Assembly: GCA_049968435.1 (NCBI GenBank)
Contig: JBMFQU010000001.1
Location: 609-64,608, forward strand
Direction of reading: 5' to 3'
From: Brevinematia bacterium
GTDB taxonomy: Bacteria; Spirochaetota; Brevinematia; DTOW01
DNA: 64,000 nucleotides
The notes beneath the pieces were generated by a model. The model ran no database searches, had not been told where the DNA came from, and worked only from the letters and a program-made list of their open reading frames with translations. This document shows positions 30,101-38,356 of this stretch, piece after piece; within the stretch, counting starts at the first letter, position 1, and every line of letters starts with the position of its first letter. The position numbers and the translations under genes were made by a program.

Positions 30101-30243
30101 TAGCATTTGGATTAGGTGAAAGTGGAGAACTTTATCAACCGCTAGGTCAAACAATATTTATAGGAATGACATTAGGTACATTATTTACATTGTTTATTGT
30201 ACCAATCATATACGAATACTTTAATAGAAAAAGATTTTCTTAA
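27154..30243 (+). CDS. RND-family (AcrB/HAE-type) efflux transporter
   Basis: 1029 aa with 12 TM helices and two large periplasmic loops. No adaptor or OMP gene is adjacent. Confidence 0.85.
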   Translation: MWGLLKGLLNNIPAVIMILAAIIVLGIVAGMKLPVDLFPNIEFPVVAIRIDYPGASPETVEQNIARILEGQFLTVNGVKNVISRCFEGFLFITVEFEYGVNLDQAANDIREKIDFVSKLLPSDASKPQIFKFDPSILPIMNISISGIDDLSALREIAQDTISKRLSQIEGVANVTVNGGYDKKVFVELDTKKLNSFGISPSDVVSAISRENQNIPSGQIISGYKKISIRFSSEYKNTEEIKDVLVGNRKGYPVKVRDVANVEFKPDTENATIVKVNGQPGIVLSINKKSGSSTVDVSEKVRKKIEELKKDYPNLNFTIITDQGDFIVKSLNNVKDNAINGALLAVIVVFLFLVSIKETILIGLAIPISIVITLVLMYFLGISLNVISLAGLALGVGMMVDNSIVVIESIYLKTKQGKNPIEAAFEGTKEVGVAILGSTLTTIFVFAPLVFTQGLASQIFKDLAATVSISIFSSLLVAIFIVPPLESRYWSFVDKFDQFIQRNKLLFFFSELILKIRDTIYESLLKSILGLKKTMLVFTIIFLALGILSFIYIGKELLPIVDSGDINVTITFPPGTYKDITSKYAEEVDKYLETNENVKYFYYVINTSSSGLRFLVRSSGENTINITVKLKDIRERNISSEEFSVELRKFLTRIPGKSKVDASSGVIRIPGGGAGGANADMKLIGDDIEELKRISSKIEEIGREISGIQEINSSLDDPIQEYIIYPDKNKLSYYGISSLQLGNSIKTGFLGTTASFFRLKGKQYEIFVQLKNDDRKYLEDILYKYIPTPLGLVPIIDLVKISNGYSPQMIMRENNSRTVSLSLVGYNIAQTKLVELIDKEVKKNVYIPPNITISYGGSFEELQNTFRDLILVFILSLVLVYSTMVVLFKSFKDPFIIIFTVPYGVFSVLIIFLLLGLKINIISAIGLIIILGIVVNNGIVMVDYMNQLLERGYKLRDAIIEGAKRRFRPILMTSLTTIIGLLPIAFGLGESGELYQPLGQTIFIGMTLGTLFTLFIVPIIYEYFNRKRFS

Positions 30244-30890
30244 GGGATAGGTTCAATCCATTCAAATTCTTTCAAACGTTTAAGTTTTTCTCTGTTAGAG
30301 GCTATCTTCTTAAGTAGCCTCTCTATAGTCACATCATAATAAATTTCTCCGTTTAGAAGTTTTTTAAATTCTTCTTCGATATAATAAAGGGTGGTCATAT
30401 ACTTTTGAGAATCATAAGCAGAAATCATATTAGCATACCTCTTAGCTATCTTAAACCAACCCATAGCCGATTTAAAATAAGATTCAGCAACATCATACCC
30501 TTCTAAAAGTTCTTTTTCATATTCTTTGCTATAAAAGTAAATATTATCTTTATAAAATTGTTTTCCAAAATCTAAATAATTCTTAGTAAGCAATAAAGCA
30601 ATGTGCATCTTAACTAAAAGTTTATATCTATTCCAATGAGTCTCGTTACTAATAGGTGTTATTGCTCTTATAGGATGATCAAAAGGTAGACTCCAGGCAA
30701 GCTCAAGAAAATATATATTCCTTGAAATATTATCAAGATCTTGGTAAAGCCATTCATTGTATATCTTCAAAAAATCTTCTACATACTTTAATCTCTTATT
30801 CAAAGGCCTAAACTTAAAATCTTCAATATCACAAAATACGTATCCAGAAAATAAGAGCATGAATAAAAATATCCAAAAAAATTTTTTCAT
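30240..30890 (-). CDS. Hypothetical secreted protein
   Basis: N-terminal signal peptide; no recognised domain. Confidence 0.35.
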   Translation of the reverse strand: MKKFFWIFLFMLLFSGYVFCDIEDFKFRPLNKRLKYVEDFLKIYNEWLYQDLDNISRNIYFLELAWSLPFDHPIRAITPISNETHWNRYKLLVKMHIALLLTKNYLDFGKQFYKDNIYFYSKEYEKELLEGYDVAESYFKSAMGWFKIAKRYANMISAYDSQKYMTTLYYIEEEFKKLLNGEIYYDVTIERLLKKIASNREKLKRLKEFEWIEPIP

Positions 30891-30924
30891 ATAAAATATT
30901 ATCGGAATAAAATTTAAGGAAAAA

Positions 30925-32046
30925 TCAAAGTTTAAAAAACTTCTTCAATATAGAAGCTCTTTCCTTACCTATAATAGAATCATTAGATACAGTTATTCCT
31001 GAATATAGCATTATACTAGTATCCCTAAGAAGAATAGTAAAGAAATTGATCATTTCGTTCAAGTTTATTTTCTCACCAAATTCATTACCAAAAAAAACCA
31101 ACATACTAAGCTTTGACATAAGCCCTAAAAAAGCTTTATAGTGTATAAAATTAGCCATTTTTATAGTATTCTTAAAATCTTGATACTCCGAATAAAGATT
31201 AAATTTTTTACCTTTCGATTTTTTTCTCTCAGCTAGTTCAACTTCCTTAACTTTAGAAAGGAGATTTGATAAAAGAATCTTATTAGCAATCATCGATTTA
31301 TCTGGATTAAACACATAAAAAAACTCCATGAAACTTGTTTTATCATACAATGGATTGTGATGATAGAAAATTCCATTACTTGCCAAAGTCCCTAAAACAG
31401 ATTCAAAAACACTACTCCCTCTTAATCCCCATATATTGAGAAGAAATCTTATTTTTACACCATGTCCAACAGTAGCTAAATCATTAGTTATATAACCATA
31501 ACTTCTGCTAAAGGTAGGAACAAAATAATCATCGAAAAGTATTGAAACACTTTCAATTACATCAAAAACCTTCTCTATACCATTACCTAACACAACTGAT
31601 CTTAGCGAAAAATGATTAAAAACATTAGTATAGATAAAATATTTAAGATTGGATTCACAGTATATACTTACTCCTAGATCATTACCTAAAAACCTCAAAA
31701 TATCACTTTCAATAAACTCTCTGTCAATGAGTCCTAAAATTTCAATATCTCTATCTGCGATAAAAGAAATATCATAAATTTGAGAGGAATCAGGTAAAAT
31801 CCTTACAAAGTCAGTAATTTTTAAAATAATTTCTTCTTTATGTCTACTATCAAGACGATTTGAAAAATCGTATCCGTCAATATTCCTGTATAAATCCGCT
31901 ACAGTATAAACAACAAAATCTTCATCAATATCAGAACGTTGAGGCATAGCTTTAGCAAAAATAATATTATCTATCATGATGAATAATTTAATAACATAAA
32001 AAATATTTTTCAAATTTAACACCTTAAAATTAACTTTCACTAGCAA
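30925..32046 (-). CDS. Divergent ATP:guanido phosphotransferase (McsB/arginine-kinase-like) domain protein. An alternative start is the ATG at 31977 (MIDN).
   Basis: Ungapped similarity of 'GYITNDLATVGHGVKIRF' to the McsB active-site block 'GYLTSCPTNVGTGLRASV'. Also N-terminal 'LYRN' and 'F..R' motifs. The catalytic Cys and the NEEDH glutamates appear substituted. Confidence 0.4.
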   Translation of the reverse strand: MLVKVNFKVLNLKNIFYVIKLFIMIDNIIFAKAMPQRSDIDEDFVVYTVADLYRNIDGYDFSNRLDSRHKEEIILKITDFVRILPDSSQIYDISFIADRDIEILGLIDREFIESDILRFLGNDLGVSIYCESNLKYFIYTNVFNHFSLRSVVLGNGIEKVFDVIESVSILFDDYFVPTFSRSYGYITNDLATVGHGVKIRFLLNIWGLRGSSVFESVLGTLASNGIFYHHNPLYDKTSFMEFFYVFNPDKSMIANKILLSNLLSKVKEVELAERKKSKGKKFNLYSEYQDFKNTIKMANFIHYKAFLGLMSKLSMLVFFGNEFGEKINLNEMINFFTILLRDTSIMLYSGITVSNDSIIGKERASILKKFFKL

Positions 32047-32179
32047 TTAATTCCTTATCAATAACCACATGAATTTTAATTCATAACAGAAAGTGATATA
32101 CTTAAAGATTAGAAAACACACTAACATAATATCTTATTAATATATTTGCAAAAATTATTTAAACAACTTTAAAATAATA

Positions 32180-32255
32180 TAAGTATCATGTCCCATGACC
32201 GAGGGGGCAAAGAAGTTCTCGGTTTGGAGTTTAAATTTAAACTCCAGAGATAAAT
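32180..32255 (+). promoter_or_regulatory. Structured 5' leader of rpsF, a candidate S6:S18 autoregulatory element.
   Basis: Two hairpins, 'ccgag..ctcgg' and the perfect palindrome 'ggagtttaaatttaaactcc', immediately upstream of the start. rpsF leaders are known structured autoregulatory RNAs. Confidence 0.3.
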
Positions 32256-32606
32256 ATGAATATATCAGAAATTAGAGAAGCAATATCAAAATCTAAATCT
32301 TCTCAAACAAAAACCTATGAAATAGGTTTTATAATAGAACCTGACGAGCAATTGGTACCTAGAGTAATGGAGAAAGTAAAAAACATTATTTTACAATATG
32401 GAGGAACCATTATAAGTGAATCTGAATTAGGCAGAAGATCTCTGGCATATCCTATAAGAAAAAACAGAAAGAAATATCTAGAAGGTATCTATAAATTCAT
32501 AATATTTGAAGGAACCCATAGCACAGTTGAAAACCTTGATAAACTCGTAAAAATTGATGAAAATATAATAAGGCATATCATACTTAGAGTGAAAAAAAAT
32601 GGCTAG
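32256..32606 (+). CDS. rpsF: 30S ribosomal protein S6
   Basis: 'YEIGFIIEP' S6 signature. Confidence 0.8.
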   Translation: MNISEIREAISKSKSSQTKTYEIGFIIEPDEQLVPRVMEKVKNIILQYGGTIISESELGRRSLAYPIRKNRKKYLEGIYKFIIFEGTHSTVENLDKLVKIDENIIRHIILRVKKNG

Positions 32607-33210
32607 ATCTTTCAATAAGGTAATAATTGTAGGAAACTTAGTTAAAGATCCAGAACAAGAAACCTTAACGAAAACGGGTAAAAAAGTATTAAGAATAAGA
32701 ATAGCAGTTAATGACTCTTATAAGAATTCTGAAACAACTTACTTCTTTGATGTTGTTTTGTGGGAAGGTTTAGTAGATATTATAAAAAATTACACAAGAA
32801 AAGGTTCAAAAATACTTGTAGAAGGAAGCTTGATTCAGAGAAGTTGGACTACTAAAGATGAGAAAGGAAGTGAAGTAAAAAAGACAGCAGTAGAAATACG
32901 TGCAGAAAATATACTATTGCTTTCACCTAAAGGCGAAAGCGCCATAAAAGCAGAAGGAGTAACAAACCAACTTACTGAAAATATAAAAGAAATCCCCAAA
33001 AAAGAAGGAAAGTACGAAAGTTTTATAAACAGTACCTCTTATGAAGAGGAAGGAGAAGGAGAAACTTTCGAAGACTTTGGCGAAAATATCTTAGAAGATG
33101 AAGAAAAATTTTTCGAAGAAATTGAAGAAAAAGAAATTGATTACAATAAAATAGACAGTGAAGATAATCATATAGAAGACATAAATACTGATGACGAATT
33201 TAAGGTATAA
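32599..33210 (+). CDS. ssb: Single-stranded DNA-binding protein
   Basis: OB-fold 'NKVIIVGNLVKDPE' and an acidic C-terminal tail. Confidence 0.85.
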   Translation: MARSFNKVIIVGNLVKDPEQETLTKTGKKVLRIRIAVNDSYKNSETTYFFDVVLWEGLVDIIKNYTRKGSKILVEGSLIQRSWTTKDEKGSEVKKTAVEIRAENILLLSPKGESAIKAEGVTNQLTENIKEIPKKEGKYESFINSTSYEEEGEGETFEDFGENILEDEEKFFEEIEEKEIDYNKIDSEDNHIEDINTDDEFKV

Positions 33211-33241
33211 TCTATATATTTTCAAATATTAGGAGGTTTAT

Positions 33242-33520
33242 ATGAGTACAAGTTTAGATCAAAGTATAAATATAAAAGCTGAAGATGAAGGTCAAAAGGT
33301 ACAAAAATCTGTTACAGTAAAGAAAAAGAAAAGAACATGTCAAAAAAAGTTATTGAACATAACATACAAAGATGTTGATATTCTTTCTCAGTTTTTAACT
33401 ATGACGGGCAAAATAAAATCTTCAAAAATAACTAGAGTTTGTACAAAAGTCCAAAAGAAAATAACCAGAGAAATAAAAGTAGCAAGGATAATGGCCTTAC
33501 TACCATTTACAGACAGATAA
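33242..33520 (+). CDS. rpsR: 30S ribosomal protein S18
   Basis: 'ITYKDVDILSQFLTMTGKI' S18 signature. Confidence 0.85.
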   Translation: MSTSLDQSINIKAEDEGQKVQKSVTVKKKKRTCQKKLLNITYKDVDILSQFLTMTGKIKSSKITRVCTKVQKKITREIKVARIMALLPFTDR

Positions 33521-33541
33521 TGCTACAAAATTATAAATTAA

Positions 33542-33630
33542 GGAGAGGTGTCCGAGCGGCCTAAGGAGCAGCACTGGAAATGCTGTGTACGGGGCAACCC
33601 GTACCGAGGGTTCAAATCCCTCCCTCTCCG
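33542..33630 (+). tRNA. tRNA-Ser (GGA)
   Basis: Cloverleaf folded by hand: acceptor GGAGAGG/CCTCTCC, anticodon stem CAGCA/TGCTG with loop CTGGAAA, and a long variable arm. Confidence 0.85.
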
Positions 33631-33835
33631 CATTTTCTTTTTCAATATCTCCACTATCTCCATTAATTTAGGGAAGTAATATCTAAATTTAGTAGAAGGC
33701 TTCTAAATTAATTTTAAGATACATAAATAAATAAAAAACAATACTTTACTTCAAAAAAATACTATCTTTCTAAAAGTAAAAGGAAAAACTATACTTTATT
33801 CCAAGATTTTCGAAGAATCAACAGGATAGTAAAAT

Positions 33836-34282
33836 TTAAAAAACATTCTCACCCAAGTAAGATAGCAAACACATAAGTCCAGCATAATAACTATCTGCTT
33901 TAAAACCAGAAATTACACCAATTGCAATATCTGACAAATAAGAATGATGTCTAAAAGATTCTCTTTTAAAAACATTTGAAATATGAACTTCAACAAAAGG
34001 AATATTTACTGCAAGAATTGCATCTCTTATAGCTATAGAAGTATGTGTGTAAGCACCTGCATTTAAAATCATTCCACTAGCTTTTAAACCTTCTTTTTGT
34101 ATAAAACTAACTATTTCACCCTCTAAGTTTGATTGAAAACTTATAACTTCATAACCAAATTTACTAGAAATTTCTTTACATTTTAATAAAATATCCTCTA
34201 ACTTCAAATTACCATACTTGTCAGGTTCTCTAACACCGAGCATATTGAGGTTAGGACCATTTACAATAAGTATTTTCTTCAT
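33836..34282 (-). CDS. aroQ: 3-dehydroquinate dehydratase, type II
   Basis: 'IVNGPNLNMLGVREP' and 'HISN' type II DHQase motifs. Confidence 0.85.
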   Translation of the reverse strand: MKKILIVNGPNLNMLGVREPDKYGNLKLEDILLKCKEISSKFGYEVISFQSNLEGEIVSFIQKEGLKASGMILNAGAYTHTSIAIRDAILAVNIPFVEVHISNVFKRESFRHHSYLSDIAIGVISGFKADSYYAGLMCLLSYLGENVF

Positions 34283-34284
34283 AT

Positions 34285-34548
34285 TTACTTCTTATCTTCT
34301 ATTAATATTACTTTATTCAAAGAAACCCTATATTTTGAATCTTTAACCAATCTTTGAATAGTAGTAAGGTTTTCCAAATTATAAGAAAGCTTTTTATTTT
34401 CATCAATAAGTTCATCTAACTGTTTCCTTAATTTTAGTTCTTCTTTACACAAAGATTTATAGTAAGACCTTTGTAAAACAAACGAAATCATAATTCCAAG
34501 AGACATCAACATAATAATTGCCAAAACACCCAACCTTCTCATAATCAT
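34285..34548 (-). CDS. FtsL-like / septum-formation-initiator small membrane protein
   Basis: 87 aa with one TM helix and a coiled-coil. Positioned immediately downstream of rsmH with a 4-nt overlap. Confidence 0.45.
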   Translation of the reverse strand: MIMRRLGVLAIIMLMSLGIMISFVLQRSYYKSLCKEELKLRKQLDELIDENKKLSYNLENLTTIQRLVKDSKYRVSLNKVILIEDKK

Positions 34549-35444
34549 ACCTTCTCATAAACTCTTAATTTTGCTGATCTGGAAGAAGGATTTAAAGAAA
34601 CCTCTTCCTTTGAAGGAATTATCGGTTTTTCGTTAACTATTCTAAACACCCCATTATCAACGAGGGTTCTCATCTTAGTTTTTACCAATCTATCCTCTCC
34701 TGAATGAAAAGTAATTATGCATAACCTACCACCTCTTCTTAAGAAATTACCTACCTTCGACAAAAATCTCTCTAAAACTTCATATTCCTTATTGACAAAA
34801 ATTCTTATAGCCATAAATGTTTTAGTAGCAGGGTGTATTCTCTTTTTATAGTACTTTCCTATTGCCCTTTTAACTATATCCGCAAGTTCTTTTGGTGTTT
34901 CTATCCTCTTACTTTTTCTATATTCAACAATTGCATCTGCTATTCTTCTAGCAAAAGGCTCATCGCCATATTTGAATATAATATCTGTAAGATCTTTCTT
35001 AGTAAAATTATTAACAACTTCATAAGCTGTATATTCCACTTTATCAGCTTTGGCATAAGTCATTGTGAGAGGATACTCTGAATCAAAGCTAAAACCTTTC
35101 CTTTTATTAACAAAATGGTACATTGACATGCCTAAATCAGCTAAAATACCATCAAACCCATCTACACCACTTTCTACATATATTCTATCAATATTTTCAA
35201 AACCCTCATTAATAAAATACACATTTTTAAAATTTTTCAATCTACCCTTAGCAACTTCAAGAATATCTTTGTCCTTATCAACACATATTAAATTCCCCTT
35301 ACCTTCAAGCACTTTACATATTTCATACGAATGCCCCCCCTCTCCACATGTGCAATCAAGGTAATTACCCTCTTTATTGATAATTAAGTTTTCAATAACT
35401 TCTTTAACTAAGACAGGCTTATGGTAATAAATACTATTAAACAT
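34545..35444 (-). CDS. rsmH: 16S rRNA (cytosine1402-N4)-methyltransferase RsmH/MraW
   Basis: 'DCTCGEGGHS' SAM motif and MraW family conservation. Confidence 0.85.
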   Translation of the reverse strand: MFNSIYYHKPVLVKEVIENLIINKEGNYLDCTCGEGGHSYEICKVLEGKGNLICVDKDKDILEVAKGRLKNFKNVYFINEGFENIDRIYVESGVDGFDGILADLGMSMYHFVNKRKGFSFDSEYPLTMTYAKADKVEYTAYEVVNNFTKKDLTDIIFKYGDEPFARRIADAIVEYRKSKRIETPKELADIVKRAIGKYYKKRIHPATKTFMAIRIFVNKEYEVLERFLSKVGNFLRRGGRLCIITFHSGEDRLVKTKMRTLVDNGVFRIVNEKPIIPSKEEVSLNPSSRSAKLRVYEKV

Positions 35445-35474
35445 GTTATAATTTTAAATTATTTTAACCAAAAA

Positions 35475-36416
35475 TCATAAATTGGCGCTTGGCACTACCA
35501 TCTTATCACCAATCACAAATGAAAATTTAACAGAATATAAACCTTCTCCTTTTAGAGAAGGAGTACCTATAACTTCTCCTTTTTGAACCTTATCCCCTGA
35601 CTTAACAAAGACATCATCCATCATACCATATATACTGTAAAGGTTATCACTATGCTTAACTATCACAGTGTTTCCGAAAATACTAAAAGTACCTACAAAA
35701 ACAACTTCTCCTGAATTAATAACCTTAACCTTATCTTTTTTAGTTAAAACTATTTCAACAAACTTTCCATTATTCCTAATTTCCTTTACAAAACTCACCG
35801 GAAGCTCAAATCTTAATTTTATTGAAGAATAACTCACTTTCTTTATATTATCTTTATTATTTTTGAAGTTTTGCTCTTCCAAAACTATTATCTCACCAAC
35901 CTTCAGTTTACCTCCCTCAACCCTATTTAACTTTCTTATCTTATCTAAGCTAACACCAGTTTTTTTAGAGATACTATACAAAGTATCACCAGGTTTAACG
36001 ACATAAACACTATCTCTTTTAAATTTTTTATTTTCAATAGTACCAACTTTCTTAGAAGAAGGTATAATCAAAAGTTGGTTCGCCTTTAGATCTAAACTCG
36101 TTAACTTATTTGCAGATATAATCTCTTCTATAGTGGTATTAAACCTTTTACTTATACTAAAAAGCGTATCACCTTTCTTAACCTTATACTCTTGATAAAC
36201 TCTAACGGGTATTTTTATAATCTCACCTACTCTTAGGGTATTTATACCATTTTCTTTTTGAATAACCCAAATATCAACATTAAACTTCTTCGAAAGAGAA
36301 TAAAAAGTATCACCCTTGTTAACAGTATACTTTATATACTCAGCTCTAGAAATAGAAAAAAATAACATAAATAAAAGTATAGTAAATATTTTCTTAAAGA
36401 AACGAAAAAAAAACAT
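35475..36416 (-). CDS. LysM-repeat protein with a degenerate C-terminal LytM/M23 domain (NlpD/EnvC-like)
   Basis: Three LysM repeats ('Y.V.KGDT..SI(S)KK'). The C-terminal M23-like beta region lacks the HxxxD and HxH metal ligands. Confidence 0.65.
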   Translation of the reverse strand: MFFFRFFKKIFTILLFMLFFSISRAEYIKYTVNKGDTFYSLSKKFNVDIWVIQKENGINTLRVGEIIKIPVRVYQEYKVKKGDTLFSISKRFNTTIEEIISANKLTSLDLKANQLLIIPSSKKVGTIENKKFKRDSVYVVKPGDTLYSISKKTGVSLDKIRKLNRVEGGKLKVGEIIVLEEQNFKNNKDNIKKVSYSSIKLRFELPVSFVKEIRNNGKFVEIVLTKKDKVKVINSGEVVFVGTFSIFGNTVIVKHSDNLYSIYGMMDDVFVKSGDKVQKGEVIGTPSLKGEGLYSVKFSFVIGDKMVVPSANL

Positions 36417-36593
36417 TACTATATATTTTTCGGAAAAATAGTTTAATTAAAGAACTTTAACCAATTTAAAAGTTATAAACTACCTTTAGGTCAGTGAAAG
36501 ATAAACACTCACTACTTTAATCAGAAAGTAAAACTTTTATCTATTATAATAGGAGCTAGGAATTATTTAAGAAACCTCCTTTTGTTACCCACC

Positions 36594-36695
36594 CTTAAGT
36601 TCTACAATTAGAGATGTTAAAAAGTTTAGGAAAATAATAGGAGGAAGGAATTTTTAAGGAATTCCTTTTGCTTTTACCATGCTCTTAAGCGTCTA
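36594..36695 (+). repeat. About 100-bp repeat module, copy 1. It is about 95% identical to 57426-57528 and contains a 12-nt palindrome AAGGAATTCCTT.
   Basis: Direct alignment of the two copies. Confidence 0.7.
36645..36675 (+). terminator. Hairpin 'aaggaatt-tttaagg-aattcctt' followed by a T-rich tract, a candidate intrinsic terminator inside the repeat module.
   Basis: 8-bp AU-rich stem and 7-nt loop, then 'ttgctttt'. An identical structure lies at 57477-57507. Confidence 0.35.
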
Positions 36696-36883
36696 TAGGA
36701 AGCTACACACTCTTTTAATTAACTCTTATTAGAATCTTTCCTCAATATCCAATTGAAGGTTTAATCCTCTTTTAGAAATTACTTTTAGTAATTCTACTCT
36801 AACTGTTTGGAATAAGCAGGATGGAATTTTCAAACATATACTGAATTTTGATAAATCACAAATGAAATGTTTATATTTTTCTT

Positions 36884-38356
36884 GTGAGAGATGTTTTTCT
36901 TGATGAGGATACAATTTACGCACCAATAACACCTAATATTCACTCTCCTGTAAGTGTTATAAGAATATCTGGAGAAAAAGCAATAGAAATAGTGGATAGT
37001 ATATTCAAAGGTAAGAAAAAACCTAAAGAAGCACAAACTCATAGAATACTTTACGGATATATAGTAGATGAAGAAGGCAACAATATTGATGATGTTTTGG
37101 TATCTATTATGAGGAAACCAAACTCCTATACTGGAGAAGATGTTGTTGAAATAAGTTGCCATGGTAATCCTCTGATAGTTAGCAAAATAACAGAACTAAT
37201 CAGAAACAAAGGAGCAAGAATAGCACTACCAGGAGAATTCACAAAAAGAGCATTCATTAATGGTAAGATTGATCTTGTTCAAGCAGAAGCAATTAATTCC
37301 TTAATAAATAGCAAAACATTAAGTAATGTAAAAATATCAAGGCATATACTTGATGGCATATTATCAGAAAAAATAAAAGAAATAAAAGACAAATTACTAG
37401 ACTTACTTGCCTATCTTGAAGTTTTGGTTGATCACCCTGAGGAAGATTTAGCTAATAGAGATTGGGAGTACATTGAAAACACTATATTTGAAACAATACA
37501 AAAATTAGATAATATCGTTGAAAAATCAAAAAAAAGAAAATTTTTCTCAGAGGGTATAAAAATATGTATAGCAGGAAGAACAAATGTAGGCAAATCATCA
37601 CTCATGAACGCACTTGTAGGAGAAGATAGAGCAATAGTTTCAGAAATACCCGGAACAACAAGAGATGTAATAAAAGAAATTGTATCAATTGAAGGAGTAC
37701 CTGTAAGTATATTTGACACAGCAGGCATAAGAAACACTATAAGCCCCATAGAAAAAGAAGGAATAAAGAGAACTATAAATAGTATAAAATCATCAGATAT
37801 TATACTAATCGTATTCGATGCTTACTCAAAGATAACTCAAAGTGATATTGAAACAATAAGAAGTATAAAGGATGTAGTAAAGGACAAAAATATCTTTGCA
37901 GTACTAAACAAGATTGATACATTGGGTAATATTACAGAAGAAATGTTAGAAAAACTAATTAGCGAAAAAAATGATTCAAAAATACTCAATAAAAAATCAG
38001 AAATTGAAAAAATCTTAAAAGAGGAAGGAATAGATATAGTAAAATGGTTTTTTGTTTCAGCAAAGAATAATATTGGTATAAAAAAGTTATCAAATGAAAT
38101 AATAACAACTGTCATTGGAAGTGTTGAAGAAGAGTTAAATAACATACTAATAAACAACGATAGACACCAAGAATTAATAGAGGAAACAATAAAATCTTTA
38201 GAAGAAGCATTAAATGCAGTGAAAGACAGAATGCCAGAAGAATTTATAGCAATAGGCATAAGAGATGCATTATCATATATAGGTGAAATGATAGGAGAAA
38301 TAACAACAGAAGATCTCATGGATAGAATTTTCAAAAATTTTTGTGTAGGAAAATGA
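36884..38356 (+). CDS. mnmE: tRNA modification GTPase MnmE (GTG start)
   Basis: G-domain 'GRTNVGKSSL', 'DTAG', 'NKID', and the C-terminal 'CVGK' motif. Confidence 0.85.
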   Translation: MRDVFLDEDTIYAPITPNIHSPVSVIRISGEKAIEIVDSIFKGKKKPKEAQTHRILYGYIVDEEGNNIDDVLVSIMRKPNSYTGEDVVEISCHGNPLIVSKITELIRNKGARIALPGEFTKRAFINGKIDLVQAEAINSLINSKTLSNVKISRHILDGILSEKIKEIKDKLLDLLAYLEVLVDHPEEDLANRDWEYIENTIFETIQKLDNIVEKSKKRKFFSEGIKICIAGRTNVGKSSLMNALVGEDRAIVSEIPGTTRDVIKEIVSIEGVPVSIFDTAGIRNTISPIEKEGIKRTINSIKSSDIILIVFDAYSKITQSDIETIRSIKDVVKDKNIFAVLNKIDTLGNITEEMLEKLISEKNDSKILNKKSEIEKILKEEGIDIVKWFFVSAKNNIGIKKLSNEIITTVIGSVEEELNNILINNDRHQELIEETIKSLEEALNAVKDRMPEEFIAIGIRDALSYIGEMIGEITTEDLMDRIFKNFCVGK

